Shown piece after piece: positions 38,540 to 51,890 of a stretch of DNA of 64,000 bases. Source of the stretch: Squalus acanthias. Lineage: Eukaryota. Position 1 is the first letter of the stretch, and each line of letters begins with the position of its first letter. The translations under genes were made by a program, and so were the position numbers. The notes beneath the pieces are model-generated. The model was not told the origin of the DNA and searched no databases. It saw only the letters and a list, made by a program, of their open reading frames with translations. The DNA lies in NCBI GenBank assembly GCA_030390025.1, contig CM059432.1, forward strand, positions 134,604,001 through 134,668,000, given 5' to 3'.

Positions 38540-39136
38540 TTAAAAAAAGCAAGCTAATTTTTAAACCCAGGTGGTTTTACACACTGAAATAAGTATACAA
38601 TGCTACAAGCGGAGATATAAAGAAGCAGCTTTGTTTCGGTTTTTGTACTACAGTGGCTGGCTACTTTGTCACTTCAATTAAAATTACATTTTCACAAAAG
38701 GGAAATGGTATGCTAGAAATGTGACCTAAAGCAGGACCATTAAACCTCCAAATGACGCATTTACTCTTAGTTTGATCTGCATGAGCAATGGAAAAAAAAC
38801 CAGTAAAGGAGCTAAAATAACTAAAAGAATTAGGCTAGGATTCACCCTTGTGCGTTTGCCGACCCTTGACTTTTCTCCATTCGTTCTAAGTGACAGGAAA
38901 ATTGAAGGCTTAAGAGTGCATATGCAGAAAACTGGCTTTAAAGCCAGCACAATGTTAGAAATAGGTCTCTTCAGTACAATACTATCATAGTGACAGATAC
39001 ATAGACTGTACCCTCTGACAATTTAAAATCCAGTGCATTTCAAAACCTTAATGAAAAACATTAAAATCCATGCAAAACACAAATTTCTAGGTTTAAACAT
39101 CTTGATACCTTTAATTGCAATATACAGGGAACCATA

Positions 39137-39405
39137 CAACAACAATTTGCATTTATATAGCGCCTTTAACGTAGTAAAACGTCCCAAGGCGCTTCACAGG
39201 AGTGATTACCAGACAAAAGTTTGACACCGAGCCACATAAGGAGATATTAGGGCAGGTGACCAAAAGCTTGGTCAAAGAGGTAGGTTTTAAGGAGCGTCCT
39301 AAAGGAGGATAGAGAGGCGGAGAGGTTTAGGGAGGGAATTCCAGAGCTTAGGGCCTAGGCAGCTGAAGGCACGACTGCCTATGGTGGAGCGATTAAAATC
39401 GGGGT
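39137..39405 (-). mobile_element. L2 LINE 3' end
   Basis: L2 tail. Confidence 0.85.
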
Positions 39406-39789
39406 TCACAATTAACAATATGCTCTATGACAGCTGTCAGTAAAAAAACAACAAATGCACTACTGGTATCTCCACAATTATTCTTCTGATTTTCTGGTAC
39501 TTTTTCGAAAGACTGCACAATTCTCAATTTCCTGCCTTCAGCCTTGTCTGGGAGAAAGACATTTCAAAATAATTAATTTCCAAATGATAGAGTAATTTTA
39601 TTGAAAACTAAGCAAATGCCCCTTCATTTTAGATTAAAAAGGTGCAAATGCTTGTGTTCACTGCAGTCTCGAAAATATGGGAAAATATATTAAATAAAGA
39701 GAAAAGGTTTTTTTGCTGGGATGGGGGAGAAGCATGCTCTCAGACCCGCCTCCCCCGTAAATCTTGTGTTTTTGACACTTGTATCCTTT

Positions 39790-40100
39790 GACACACTCAT
39801 CCTCGTTTTCAAATCCCTCCAAGGCCTCGCCCCTCCCTATCTCTGTAACCTCCTCCAGCCCGGCAACCCTCTGAGATCTCTGCGCTTCTCCAATTCTGGC
39901 CTCTTGCACATCCCCGATTTTTACCGCTCCACCATTGGTGACCGTGCCTTCAGCTGCCTAGGCCCGAAGCTCTGGAATTCCCTCCAGAGACCTCTTTGAC
40001 CAAGCTTTTGGTCACCTGTCCAAATATCTCCTTATTAGGCTCTGTGTCAAATTTTTGTTTGATAGTCGCTCCTGTGAAGTGCTTTGGGATGTTTTTACCA
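39790..40100 (+). mobile_element. L2 LINE 3' end
   Basis: LILVFKSLQGLAPPYL...RAFSCLGPKLWNSL. Confidence 0.85.
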
Positions 40101-40322
40101 TGCACTTTGTTTCCCCCCCCCCCCTCCAACATGACTGAAGGAATGTTGGGCATGTCCACAGCTCAAGTTACAAACCCGTGTCCCACTGCATTGGTCTTTA
40201 ACTTGTCAGACACTAAATTCTTTGAAACTGTTGGTCACCTTCAGCAGTTTTCTAGGTTGCCGTGTATGCCAGGTGAAACTTCATCCTCAGGACCGTCTTT
40301 AGTTTCAGTAAGGAAGACACAC

Positions 40323-40680
40323 CCTGCATTTAAATAGCAACTTTTCTGTGTCACAGCTCGTCCTAAAGCACTTCACAGCCAATGAATTACTTTTGAACGG
40401 TGACTATAGACAAATGTGGCCAGCCAATATGTGCACAGCAAGATCCCAGAAACAGCAATGAGATAAATAACCCGGTTAATCTGTTTGCGGTGGTGTTGGT
40501 TGAGGGATAAATATTGGTCAGGAGAACTGCCCTGCTCTTCAAATGGAGCCATGTGATTTTTTTTGCATCCGCCTGAACTCCCACCACTTGGTTTAACATC
40601 TCATCCGAAAGATAGCAACTCCGATTATGTGGCAACCCCTCGGTACCGCACTTTAATGTCAGGGTGGATTATGTGCTCAA
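40323..40680 (-). mobile_element. Degenerate Deu-domain SINE
   Basis: ggtttaacatctcatccgaaaga core, reversed. Confidence 0.7.
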
Positions 40681-41524
40681 ATACACAGAATGACCGTAAA
40701 TCTGTTTTTCATTGCATGTTGTTCTAATTGAAATACTAGCTGCTCATTCATAGTCGTGTTGTTGGGCACATCATCTCACACAGGACATTGTGCTGCACTT
40801 GGCTCTAAGGGATCACCAAACTGTTTGTGAAGCCTCATCATGTACCTTTAGTACTGTACCAATTTTGTTTTGTAGCCATCTGGCAAGTACAGACTTGCTG
40901 TGAAGCAAAGCCAACATGCCTCACGAAATGATACACCTGTTCTTAGCTCACCTTGAACTCTATCGGATATTTTTGTGCATTGCAGTTTGCCCCAGTAGTT
41001 CCACTGGTCAATGCATTTTATTCAGCTTCACTACATAAATGTTCTGTAGTATGGAAAGACATTGAAGCTATCAGAAGTGGAATCCAGACCTCAAAAAATG
41101 ATTCTTTCGTTCCAAAAAGTTTGTTAATATGGTATAGATGGACAGCGAAGAGCATCTGAAAATGTCCGGAAGCTTTAAAATCTCTAAATCTTGTTTTGCT
41201 GGAGGTACGATCATGAGATTGCAAGTGCTTAATAATTTTTTTTTTAAACCGAGTGTCTCATTGCAATTATGCAAGTTGAGAGTGCTGCTGCCTATTCAAT
41301 GCCAACAACGTACCTTAACCATAAGCTTGGAACATCAAACCCGACTACATTAATCAACATTTTGAGTTTCCAGATCAATCATACTATGACCTCATCAAAT
41401 GGCATGGCAACTTCTGCATTCCTGACTAGGAACGAACGTAAAACTGCCCAAGCTATTTAAGTTAGGATCTTTAGATCCATCGGAGAGAAGAAAGTTCACT
41501 TCATCAGTCTGGGCTAGTGGCAAC

Positions 41525-41674
41525 CAATGTTCACTTTGATCTTTTTTGGGTGCGCGGCCCCTTTAAGGGGCTGCACGGCCAATTCGAAATAGCGCGCATG
41601 CGCGGTTTTTCCTATTTAAAAGCTGGTGAGCCAGCTGCGCGGGAGCTGCCGAGCGTAGCTTAAAGGGAACATTG
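41525..41674. mobile_element. hAT-type MITE
   Basis: CAATGTTC... / ...TTAAAGGGAACATTG; TSD gtggcaac / gtgttaac; homologous to the 6839 copy. Confidence 0.8.
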
Positions 41675-41705
41675 GTGTTAACTCGGTCTAAGATGCATTA
41701 CAAAC

Positions 41706-41885
41706 AAAAAGAGAAAATGCTGGAAATACACAACAGGTCAGCCAGTATCTGGAAAGAGAAAAGGCAGTTTAGGACATTTCATCAGTATAGTTCTAATGGA
41801 AAGTACACACCTGAAACTTCATAACCTATCTTTTCCCTTTACAGATGCTGACTGTCCAGCATTTTCTGCTTTTATTTCAGATTTC
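41706..41885. mobile_element. Old palindromic Penelope-like remnant
   Basis: gaaaatgctgga...tccagcattttc inverted arms with a decayed hammerhead core. Confidence 0.6.
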
Positions 41886-42097
41886 TTGCCTTGTTTTTTC
41901 TTGTACTAAGTACAAGAGCAGTGCATTATCCAGGTGGAATACAGAACAGTTCTAGTGGGTGCAATATTTAACTTAATGGCATGTTACTTCTTTAAATACT
42001 ACCATGATAGCAAAGGTGCACAGACAGTTCAGTGAACAATTACAAGACGGAGCTGCCTACTGCCTGTAGCATCTCCCTCAGGCTCTTAAATATACAA

Positions 42098-42410
42098 CAG
42101 TTTACATTTATATTGAGCTTTTAACATAGAAAAACACTTCAAGGTGCTTCACTGAAGCATAATCAGATAAAAATGGACGTCAAGCTTTTAGGAGGAGTGA
42201 CCAACAGCTTGATCAAAGAAGTGGGTTTTAAGGAAGGTCTTAAAGGAGCAGAGGGAGATGAAGAAGTGGAGGGGTTTAGAGCGGGAATTCCAGAGCGTGG
42301 CTCTAGATGATTGAAAGTATGTCTGCCAATGATTGGGCAAGGGAGAGTGCTAGAGTCGGAGGAACGGAGAATATGAGGCGGATTGTAGGTTGGAGAAGAT
42401 TAGAGAGATT
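42098..42410 (-). mobile_element. Degenerate L2 3' end
   Basis: Diverged L2 tail and body. Confidence 0.65.
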
Positions 42411-42807
42411 GGGGGGGGTAGAGGAGCCAAGGCCAATTGGAAAGTAAAGTCAGGTGGGGTGTAAAAGGGGTAGCCGACCTAAACCCTCCTGTTTCCCGCC
42501 CAGTGGATTAGGTGAAAATTACCCTCTTAGTGTCTGCTGGTCCAAGCTTGTTTGGCCAGTGGGTACAAATGTGTGGCATTTTTCAGTCTCTATCATAGTT
42601 TACAGTGATTGAAATGATCTGAAGTGTCAATAGTGTAAGTTGAACGTAAGCCAGCAAAAACTCACTGGGGAAAGGCAGCTAAATCATTTTTACACGGTTA
42701 CAATTCATTAAAGCTATGGATTATACATCTTTGTGTATAGTAAAACAAAACTCATTTGTATACAGCTCACCACTCCTGTGTATACTGTTATTAATCTTTT
42801 CAAATTG

Positions 42808-42925
42808 ATGGGGAAAGTGCAGGAAAGTGTAGTTGAGGTCGACGATCAGCCATGATCTTATTGAATGGCGGAGCAGGCTCGAGGGGCCATGTGGCCTACT
42901 CCTGCTCCTATTTCTTATGTTCTTA
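42808..42925 (+). mobile_element. CR1 3' tip
   Basis: ggcctactcctgctcctatttcttatgttctta. Confidence 0.8.
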
Positions 42926-44028
42926 AATTTAGTTGAACAAATGTATTCCTTGAAGAAAGCACGGTACCAAAAGACACCGACCCATAATACTAACACAGGT
43001 GTCAAGTTGGGTTTTTGCCAGAAGAAAATGGAATCACTAATTTATTGCCATCCCATGCTGGAATCTCCCATGAAAATACTGATCAAACCCATTTCATTAA
43101 TTGACAAATCAGTGACCTCCCCATACATGGGGGAAGGATGGTTGCTTGCATGCAAGTTATTTTTGGTTTCAGCTCATCGCCAGTGCTTAAAATAAGATAC
43201 AAATGAAAAACAAAAAAAAGAGTCCCTGTTGTCACATAAAACTGGTGTGAGGCATGGCTTGAAGACATGCTGTGTGGAGTCAGGTGTTGAAGATTACTTT
43301 CAGCATTAACGCGCGGATGGCACTGCTGCAGTAAGGGAGCTCAGAGTATTTCAGCAATAAGTTTTACACTTTTGTGTGGACTCAAAGTACAACTGTTTGA
43401 TGTATCAATCATTTCTATGTACAAATGGACAGTTGCAGTATCTCAATGGTTTGTCAATATGTGAAGTGGGTTTGTTAAGTGTTTATGAAAGGAGTACAAG
43501 ATTTGCGACAAGAGGTGAGGGCTATGTTTTGGCATCTTATACAGTAATTGGACTATTAACAGCAGGAGCAGGTTTCCATCCAGCCGGGGAATCTTTTGAA
43601 GCAAGCCGGTTCAGAATTGTTTTTGAGCTTGGAAGAAAATTGCAACCATCCAGGTTAATAACCCATCGCTGCCAAAAATTGGGAGTTTATAAAAGCAGGA
43701 CTCAAAACTAACTTGCAACTGCAGCCATAAACTTGGTTAAAGAAAGGTCGTGAACTGGCATGTTGGCTCTTTTTCGGTTTCAAGCAAACCGTCCGGCTAA
43801 TGGTAGGTTTCATATTTGGACCGACTTACATTCCAAATTCAACCACTTCCAATGGAGCCCGCTCAGAATATTGCTGGTTTCTATTGTGTGGAATTGGCCC
43901 CATTTATAGACTGTGGGGCATTTTTGACAGCAAGAAGACTGCACATGTACAATATCTGCAAACGTGCGCAGTGGCTCCGAAGTTGTAAATGTGCATTGAT
44001 GACCTGCACAGGCAGCCTGAAAGATAAT

Positions 44029-44752
44029 GGCCCGTAATTTCCGATAGGAGGCTTCCTGCGTGCGGAGGCCTACTATCGGAAAAAAAATCTACACTCTTAC
44101 CTGAGGGCTCCCGAGGTCCGGACACTTCCGCTCCTGGGCCTCTCCACAGTCGAAATGTGCAGGGCCCACGTATCCCGGGGCGCAGGCGGTCGCAAGTCTC
44201 CCTGGGATCACGTGGGCCAGGCCAGCCAATAGGAGATGGGAATCTCCCTTCATACTTTTGACAGATAGATGAATAGTCAAATATATGAATGTAGAGCACC
44301 CCAAAAACACATCAAAACATTAAATACATTTTTTTTTTAAATCACGTTTTTAAAATGAGTTAGAATTACATTAAATTAAATATTTTAAACAAAAATTTAA
44401 TTTTTTGAAAAAAATAATTAAAGTTTTTTATGGGGCTAAAAATAAACTTATCTTTTTAAAAAGTATTTTAAAATTATAAATGAGTGAATTTAAAAAAAAC
44501 TTTTTTCAACACTTATGCTGGTAAAAGCAGGCCTTACGCCTGCTTTTACCAGGCGTAAGGTTTCTAAGGGGTTTCAGCGGGCGGAGGTTCTCCAGAAAGC
44601 GGAACTATCCGCCCACAGAGGCCCTTCTCAAGAGCATTCTTGACAGATCGACAATACCGGTTTTCAGCGCATGCCTGAAACCGGCATTTCCGATGTCCCT
44701 ACGGGTGTGTACACAGCGCGAACACACCCGTAGGCATCGGAAAATACGGGCC
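44029..44752. mobile_element. Harbinger-type MITE (hairpin-array family, copy B)
   Basis: TIRs GGCCCGTAATTTCCGAT / ATCGGAAAATACGGGCC; colinear and highly similar to 1316-2067. Confidence 0.88.
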
Positions 44753-45098
44753 ATTGGTTCCACTGACTGAAAACACCAACCTGCATAGGTCAGCAAGTCA
44801 ACCTTTAGCAGGCATCACAGTAACAGTGTGCATCGTTCTTCAGGGTTTCACCATTTACTGGAATATCCATTACAAGGCAGATGCCGACACTGAGAATTAG
44901 TATTGATGTTGTACTACCCACCAGTGCAGTGGGAGAAGGGCCAGGAGTTGGCTGGGAGAGAAGGGAATACAACTGTGCGAGATAGCAAAAAAATCAATGC
45001 AAGATTGAACCTGCACAGAATAAAGAGAGTACTGGATTTCTTTAAAGTTCTCCTAGTTTGAAAATAGCTGATACTTAGCAGCAAGTTAACAGTCACAG

Positions 45099-45225
45099 AG
45101 GTAGATTTTCAACTTGCTGCCCAGATGTAAAACTGGAATTGCGGATCGACCGCCTGTTATAGAAACAATGTTATATTAACATTGATTTCAATTTTACTCC
45201 CAGATGGAAAGTTGAAAATCTAACC
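45099..45225. mobile_element. Short MITE
   Basis: Inverted ends TAGATTTTCAACTT / AAGTTGAAAATCTA. Confidence 0.6.
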
Positions 45226-45364
45226 GCACCCCCCACCCAGCATGTCTGCAATAGAATAAAAATACATAGAATAACTGAAGTGCTCTTCAAATCTCTGCCA
45301 GACAAAGCAAAACAGTACAGTTGAAAACCATCAATAACAATTCTGAAAGTTTGATAATTTTGGA

Positions 45365-45745
45365 CAACAACCCGCATTTACATAGCGCCTTTAACATAGT
45401 AAAACGGCCCAAGTCGCTTCACAGGAGCGATTATCAAACAAAATTTGACACCGAGCCACAGAAGGAGATATTCGGACAGGTGCCCAAAAGCTTGGCCAAA
45501 GAGTTAGGTAGGTTTTAAGCAGGGTCTTAAAGGAGGAGAGAGGTAGCGAGGCGGGCAGGTTTAGGGAGGGGAATTCCAGAGCTTAGGGCCCAGGCAGCTG
45601 AAGGCACGGCCGCTAATGGCATAGCAATGAAAATCGGGGATGCGCAAGAGGCCGAAATTGGAGGGGCTGGAGGAGGTTACAGAGATAGGGCGGGGGCGAG
45701 GCCATGGAGGGATTTGAAAGCAAGGATGAGAATTTTAAAATCAAG
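45365..45745 (-). mobile_element. L2 LINE 3' end
   Basis: L2 tail and body. Confidence 0.85.
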
Positions 45746-46848
45746 GACATAAAGTACAAACCTGCAATTCCAACAAGAACAAACTTACTATTCATCCCTT
45801 TGCATTAAGCAAACTTCAAGAGAGATCAGCACGTTAACCCCAGTGACTCCAAAACTAAGCAAATTACAAAAACGGAAGAGCACAATCTTCCCTCATCCCA
45901 TTCATTTTATCCCAGCTCTAGTTTCAAGAGGTGCTGGCATAATGCCCAGTGCCTGTGCTAGAACCACATATTAGAGAGACAGAAAAAGGAGAAACAGATT
46001 AAGATAAGGCAAAACACTCAGAAACCTTAATTTGAATACAAGGCATTCACTGTTGTGCCAAATTAAGTATCAATTTTCAGATCTGTTCTGAAGAAAACAG
46101 CACAATTAACAATGCACTTTTGTGCTTCTGACCAGTGTTTAGAAAGCTTTTAGTGCTAAAGCACTCACTAGAGAAGGAAACACTTTGCCAATTTCAACAC
46201 TAACTGAGTTTTTTTTATCGTTGGCATTAATAAATAAAATCCACGTGGTGCAGAAAGTAAAACTTCATTTTGCCACAAGCTGTACAAGTCAGGATCCACT
46301 GTGGATGGTTTATCTTTGATGACATTTCAATGCAAGAAGGGGGCGAGGATGGCTTCGGAATAAATTGCAGCTTCAAAGTTGCCTTGATATTTCTTTCATT
46401 TCCCTCTGTCCTCTCTCTCTCAAAGCAGTTTCCACAAGTATGCCGGCCAGGCTACATCGTGTCGCCTCAGTGGCTATTATTCAATGTGAGCCTAGCTAAT
46501 GAGATTCAACAGTCTATTTGACTCTGGGGTGAGTATCACAGCCAAACCTGGTCCCGCCCTCAACCAGCATCCACACACATGTGCAGTTTCCAGCTGGAAT
46601 CACTGCACAGTCATTCAAAGTGGGAACTCTGGCCCAAGAGTTGAGACTAATTGTACTACTTCAACATCTGTCCCAGCTGTGGACAGCTAACTTAGCATAG
46701 TTAGAAGAGCAAACCAGTGTTTCATATGTGGCAGTGAATCTGCTAAGAACTACGGGGAGAAAATTGTTTGGTATTTCTAACAAGTAATCTTGTTTTTTTT
46801 TTAAAAGTTTTTTTTATTATAGATGCATTTTCATTTAATGCATTGATG

Positions 46849-47018
46849 CATTTAAGGGAAAGCGAAGATGCATTTAAGGGGAAGCTAGATAAATACATGA
46901 GGGAGAAAGGAATAGCAGGTTATGCTGATGGGGTTAGATGAAAGTAGGGTGGGAGGAGGCTCGTGTAGAGCATGACCCAATTGGGCCAAATGGCCTTTTT
47001 CTGTGCTGTAAATTCTAT
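46849..47018 (+). mobile_element. CR1 3' end, tail-to-tail with the next CR1
   Basis: gatgcatttaagggg...ctgtaaattctat. Confidence 0.75.
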
Positions 47019-49605
47019 ATAAGAACATAAGAAATAGGAGCAGGAGTAAGCCATTCGGCCCCTCGAGCCTGCTCCGCCATTCAATAAGATCATGGCTGAT
47101 CTGATCTTGGCCTCAACTCCACTTTCCTGCCTGTTCCCCATAACCCTCGACTCCCCTGTAGCTCAAATATCTGTCGATCTCCACCTTGAATATATTCAAT
47201 GACTCCGCCTCCACAGCTCTCTGGGGTAGAGAATTCCAAAGATTCATGACCCTGAGAGAAGAAATTCCTCCTCATCTCCGTCTTAAATGGGCGACCCCTT
47301 ATCCTGAAACTATGCCCCCTAGTTCTAGATTCCCCCACGAGGGGAAACATCCTCTCAGCATCTACCCTGTCAAGCCCCCTCAGAACCATTTATGTTTCAA
47401 TAAGATCACCTCTCATTCTTCTAAACTGCAATGAGTATAGGCCCAACCTGCTCCTAAGACAACCCTTTCATCTCAGGAATCAACCTAGTGAACCTTCTCT
47501 GAACTGCCTCCGAAGTAAGTATATCCCTCCTTAAATAAGGAGACCAAAACTGTACGCAGTACTCCAGGTGTGGTCTCACCAACGCCCTGTACAGTTGTAG
47601 CAAGACTTCCCTACTTTTATACTCCATCCTCCTTGCAATAAAGGCCAACATTCCATTTGCCTTCCTAATTACTTGCTGTACCTGCATGCTAACTTGTGTT
47701 TCAAGTAAATAATATTTTGTTTTTCTATTCTTCCTACCAAAGTGGATAACCTCACATTTTCCCACATTATACTCCATCTGCCAAATTTTTGCCCACTCAC
47801 TTAACCTATCTATATCCCTTTGCAGACTCTTTGGGCTGGATTTTACCTGCCGAGTCGAGTTGGGGGCGGGACTGCTGCCTTCTGGGTTCTAGTCCCGCCC
47901 CCAGCGACGTCCGACGCACAGACGCTATTTTCCCCTGATTGGCCTTGTTAAGCCCGCCCTGCGGGCTTGCCGGCCAATTAAGGGAAAGCTGGTGTCAGAT
48001 GACGTCAGTTGATGACGCTTCATCTGCCGGCTTTCTTAAAGGGACATGTACCATTTATTTTTGACAGATGATCTTTCAGTATGTGACAGCGTTGAGGTGA
48101 CAAACACTGTCAAACACTGTACAAAGGTGAGCCCTTGCACCAATGACTCTCTCCTTAGGATAAAACAGATGGCAGCTGTAGGTGAGAGTAGAGAAGCGAG
48201 CTGTCACTTCGCCCAATGAGGTGAGGCCACACAAACACTTCAAAGCTTGTCACCTACAGAAAAATCTAAACACATTAAAAATGACTTTCCCAACATCTCC
48301 TTACCTCGGATACTCACCAGTGTCCCATTGCATCCTTCACACCACTTCTGCAGCTGTCATCTATACACAAACATATCAGACCCACAGCACGCCTCACATA
48401 CCCTGGCGGGGTTCCCAGATGTCGGGAAGCCGGCAGCAGGAGTCTCAAAATGGGAAAAAGCCTCTTAACTGCCTGTTAACTACCTGTTAACAGGCAGTTA
48501 AGTGGCTATAATCCTCTTCCCGCCGCTAGGAGTCGGGTCCCTGCGCAAATCGGGTACCCGACTCCCGGGAAGATTGGTTGGAGGCAGGTTGGGAACGGGT
48601 TCGGGACCCGCTCCCATTTTTTTTGATTTTCCCAGCAGACGCGCCTCTTCAGGGCTGGTAAAATCCAGTCTTTTGTGTCCTCCTCACAACTTGCTTTCCC
48701 ACCTATCTTTGTATCATCAGCAAATTTGGCTACAGTACACTCGGTCCCTTCATCCAAGTCATCAATATAGATTGTAAATAGTTGAGGCTCCAGCACTGAT
48801 CCCTGTGGCACCCCACTAGTTACAGTTTGCCAACCTGAAAATGACCCATTTATCCCGACTCTCTGTTTTCTGTTAGTTAGCCAATCCTCTATCCATGCTA
48901 ATATATTACCCCCAACACCATGAGCTCTTATCTTGTGTAGTAACCTTTTATGTGGCACCTTATCGAATGCCTTTTGGAAATCCAAATACACCACATCTAC
49001 TGGTTCCCCATGATCCACACTGCTCATTGCATCCTCAAAGAACTCCAATAAATTTGTCAAACACAATTTCCCTTTCATAAAACCATGTTGACTCTGCTTG
49101 ATTGTATTATGATTTTCTAAATGTCCTACTACTACTCCCTTAATAATGGATTCCAGCATTTTCCCAATGACAGATGTCAGGCTAACTGGCCTATAGTTTC
49201 CTGTTTTCTGTCTCCCTCCTTTCTTGAATAGGGTCGTTACATTTGCGGTTTTCCAATCCGCTGGGACCTTTCCAGAATCTAGGGAATTTTGGATGATTAC
49301 AACCAATGCATCCACTATCTCTGCAGCCACTTCTTTTAAGACCATCAGGTCCAGGGAACTTGTCAGCCTTTAGTCCCATTAGTTTGCCTAGTACTTTTTC
49401 TTTAGTGATAGTTTTAAGTTCCTTCCTCCCTTTTGCCCCATGATTACCTACTATTATTCGGATGCTTTTAGTGTCTTCTATCGTGAAGACAGATACAAAA
49501 TATTTGTTCAAAGTCTCTGCCATTTCCTTGTTTCCCATTATTAATTCCCCAGTCTCATCCTCTAAGGGACCAACGTTTACTTTAGCTACTCTCTTCCTTT
49601 TTATA
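47019..49605 (-). mobile_element. CR1 LINE (RT region to 3' end), interrupted by a Harbinger element
   Basis: ORFs 47090-47389, 47454-47777 and 48506-49345 carry CR1 RT motifs. Confidence 0.95.
47833..48671. mobile_element. Non-autonomous PIF/Harbinger element
   Basis: TIRs GGGCTGGATTTTACC / GGTAAAATCCAGTCT, TSD TTT; removing it restores CR1 gcagactctttgtgtcctcc; 47940-48047 matches the reverse complement of 18537-18642. Confidence 0.9.
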
Positions 49606-50706
49606 GTATGACTTTGGTGTGCACATTTATGGCAATGTGATGTGGGTAAAAGAGTACTTAACAGCTTGATGTATATGGACCATATGATGCCATACAGCCA
49701 CAGCTCCACATCACAGTACAGTATTATCTAGAAAAAAAAGTTACAAATGCACACGTAATCAATTAACTGGTACTTGCAATGTACTTTATTTAGAATGGGA
49801 AAAACAACAAAAAACCTAAGTTGCTCAGTACTGATTTGGGATTGTCTATGTTTCCTGAGCCGAAATGGCGTGTGAACTACAAATAGCAGCAATCTTGCCC
49901 CAACACATTACACTTCACTCACAATCTCTGACAGTACAAGAGTTCAGGGTGTAATACCCAGCAATGCAAAAGGTACTTGAATGAGTTGCTATGAAAGCAT
50001 GAAGCAGAAGAAAGGAGAGAAAGAATGTTTACATCTTATTGACCTTCTGTCTCTCATAAATCTTTTCATAGGCAGAAGCCCCTATGAAGAATAAGAAGCC
50101 TTGATATTAAAAACCTGTATTCTGTGTGCAACTCCGGAAAAAAAAAATCTCACTTCAATTACTTTGCGAGTTTGATCTTTACAAAGAATATTGATAGAAT
50201 TCTGAAGGTAGCCCAGAGTCAATAAAAATCTATAGAACAGGGACTGAGGCAAAGTCAGCTTGGTTTTCTGTAAGACAGCAGCGCCCTGGAACTCATTCCC
50301 ATTGATACCAACATCAGCTGTTCCAGCATTTCAGATTCAGGCGTCATGGAACCATCAAAATTGCAGCTTCATTACAGTTTCTATTTATGATCGCTCAAGA
50401 GATCCAAGGTCAGATCTGCAGGCCCAGCTTCAGTAATGAACTCATTTTACCATCTGTTGGCATGCTCTTAACAAGTAAAACCTCAGTATTTGTTCAGGAG
50501 GAAAAAGTACAAACTTACATTCTGATGCTTTAGTCAGATGGAGCCACTCTGGGATTCTGTACATCCAACTTGCCTTTGGCCTAGTTACATTCCAAGTTAG
50601 GTTAAATTGACCCCACAGTATCAGATGTCCAAAGCTAATAGTGACAGATACAGTTCTCCACAAAAATTATACAGGTAAACGGAACAACACTTCCTTGATT
50701 ACATAA

Positions 50707-51565
50707 ATAGGATTACATAGGATATACGGCATAGAAACAGGCCATTCGGCCCAACCAGTCCATGCCGGTGTTTATGCTCCACACGAGCCTCCTCCCGTCT
50801 TTCCTCATCTAAATCTATCAGCATAACCCTCTATTCCCTTTTTCCTCATATGCTTGTTTAGCCTCCCCTTAAATGCATCTATACTATTCACTTCAACCAC
50901 TCCCTGTGGTAGCAAGTTCCACATTCTCACCACTCTTTGGGTAAAGAAGTTTCTTCTGAATTCCCTACTGGATTTCTTGGTGACTATCTTATATTGATGG
51001 CCTCTAGTTATGCTCTTCCCCACAAGTGGAAACATTCTCTCTGTATCCACTCTATCAAAACCTTTCATAATTTTAAAGACCTCTATTAGGTCACCCCTCA
51101 GCCTTCTTTTTTCAAGAGAAAAGAGACCCAGCATGTTCATCCTTTCCTGATATGTATACCCTCGCATTTCTGGTACCTTCCTTGTAAATCTTCTCTGCAC
51201 CCTCTCCAGTGCCTCTATATCCTTTTTATAATATGGCGACCAGAACTGTATGCAGTACTCTAAGTGTGGTCCAACCAAGGTTCGATACAGGTTCAGCATA
51301 ACTTCCCTACTTTTCAATTCTATCCCTCTAGAAATAAACCCGAGTGCTTGATTTGCTTTTTTTTTAATGGCCTTGCTAACCTGTGTCGCAACTTTTAGTG
51401 ATGTGTATTTGTACTCTGAGGTCCCTTTATTCCTCTACTCCACCTAGACTCGCACCCTCCAAGTGATAAGTGACCTCCCTATTCTTCCTACAAAAATGTA
51501 ATACCTCACATTTATCTGTGTTGAACTTCATTTGCCAATTATCTGCCCATTCTGCAAGTTTATTA
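50707..51565 (-). mobile_element. CR1 LINE 3' portion
   Basis: ORF 50805-51317 LYRTLVGPHLEYCIQFWSP...FFTQRVVRMWN. Confidence 0.93.
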
Positions 51566-51639
51566 CAAGTAAGCCCAATAGAAAGTAATTTTGTGTTTCC
51601 CATGATTGGTCCTTAACGAGCACCAAGTAGCTTTTTTCA

Positions 51640-51890
51640 GTGCTGAGATGAGGAGGAATGTTTTTACACAGCGAGTTATTCTGATCTGGAATGCACTGCC
51701 TGAAAGGGCGGTGGAAGCAGATTCAATAGTAACTTACAAAAGAGAACTGGATAAGTAGTTGAAAGGGAAAATTTTGCAGAGCTGTGGGGAAAGAGCAGGG
51801 GAGTGGGACTAATTGGACAGCTCTTTCAAAGAGCCGGCACAGGCACGATGGGCCAAATAGCCGCCTTCTGTGCTGTATGATTCTATGAAG
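51640..51890 (+). mobile_element. CR1 3' end
   Basis: tctggaatgcactgcctgaaagggcggtgg...gtatgattctatga. Confidence 0.8.
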
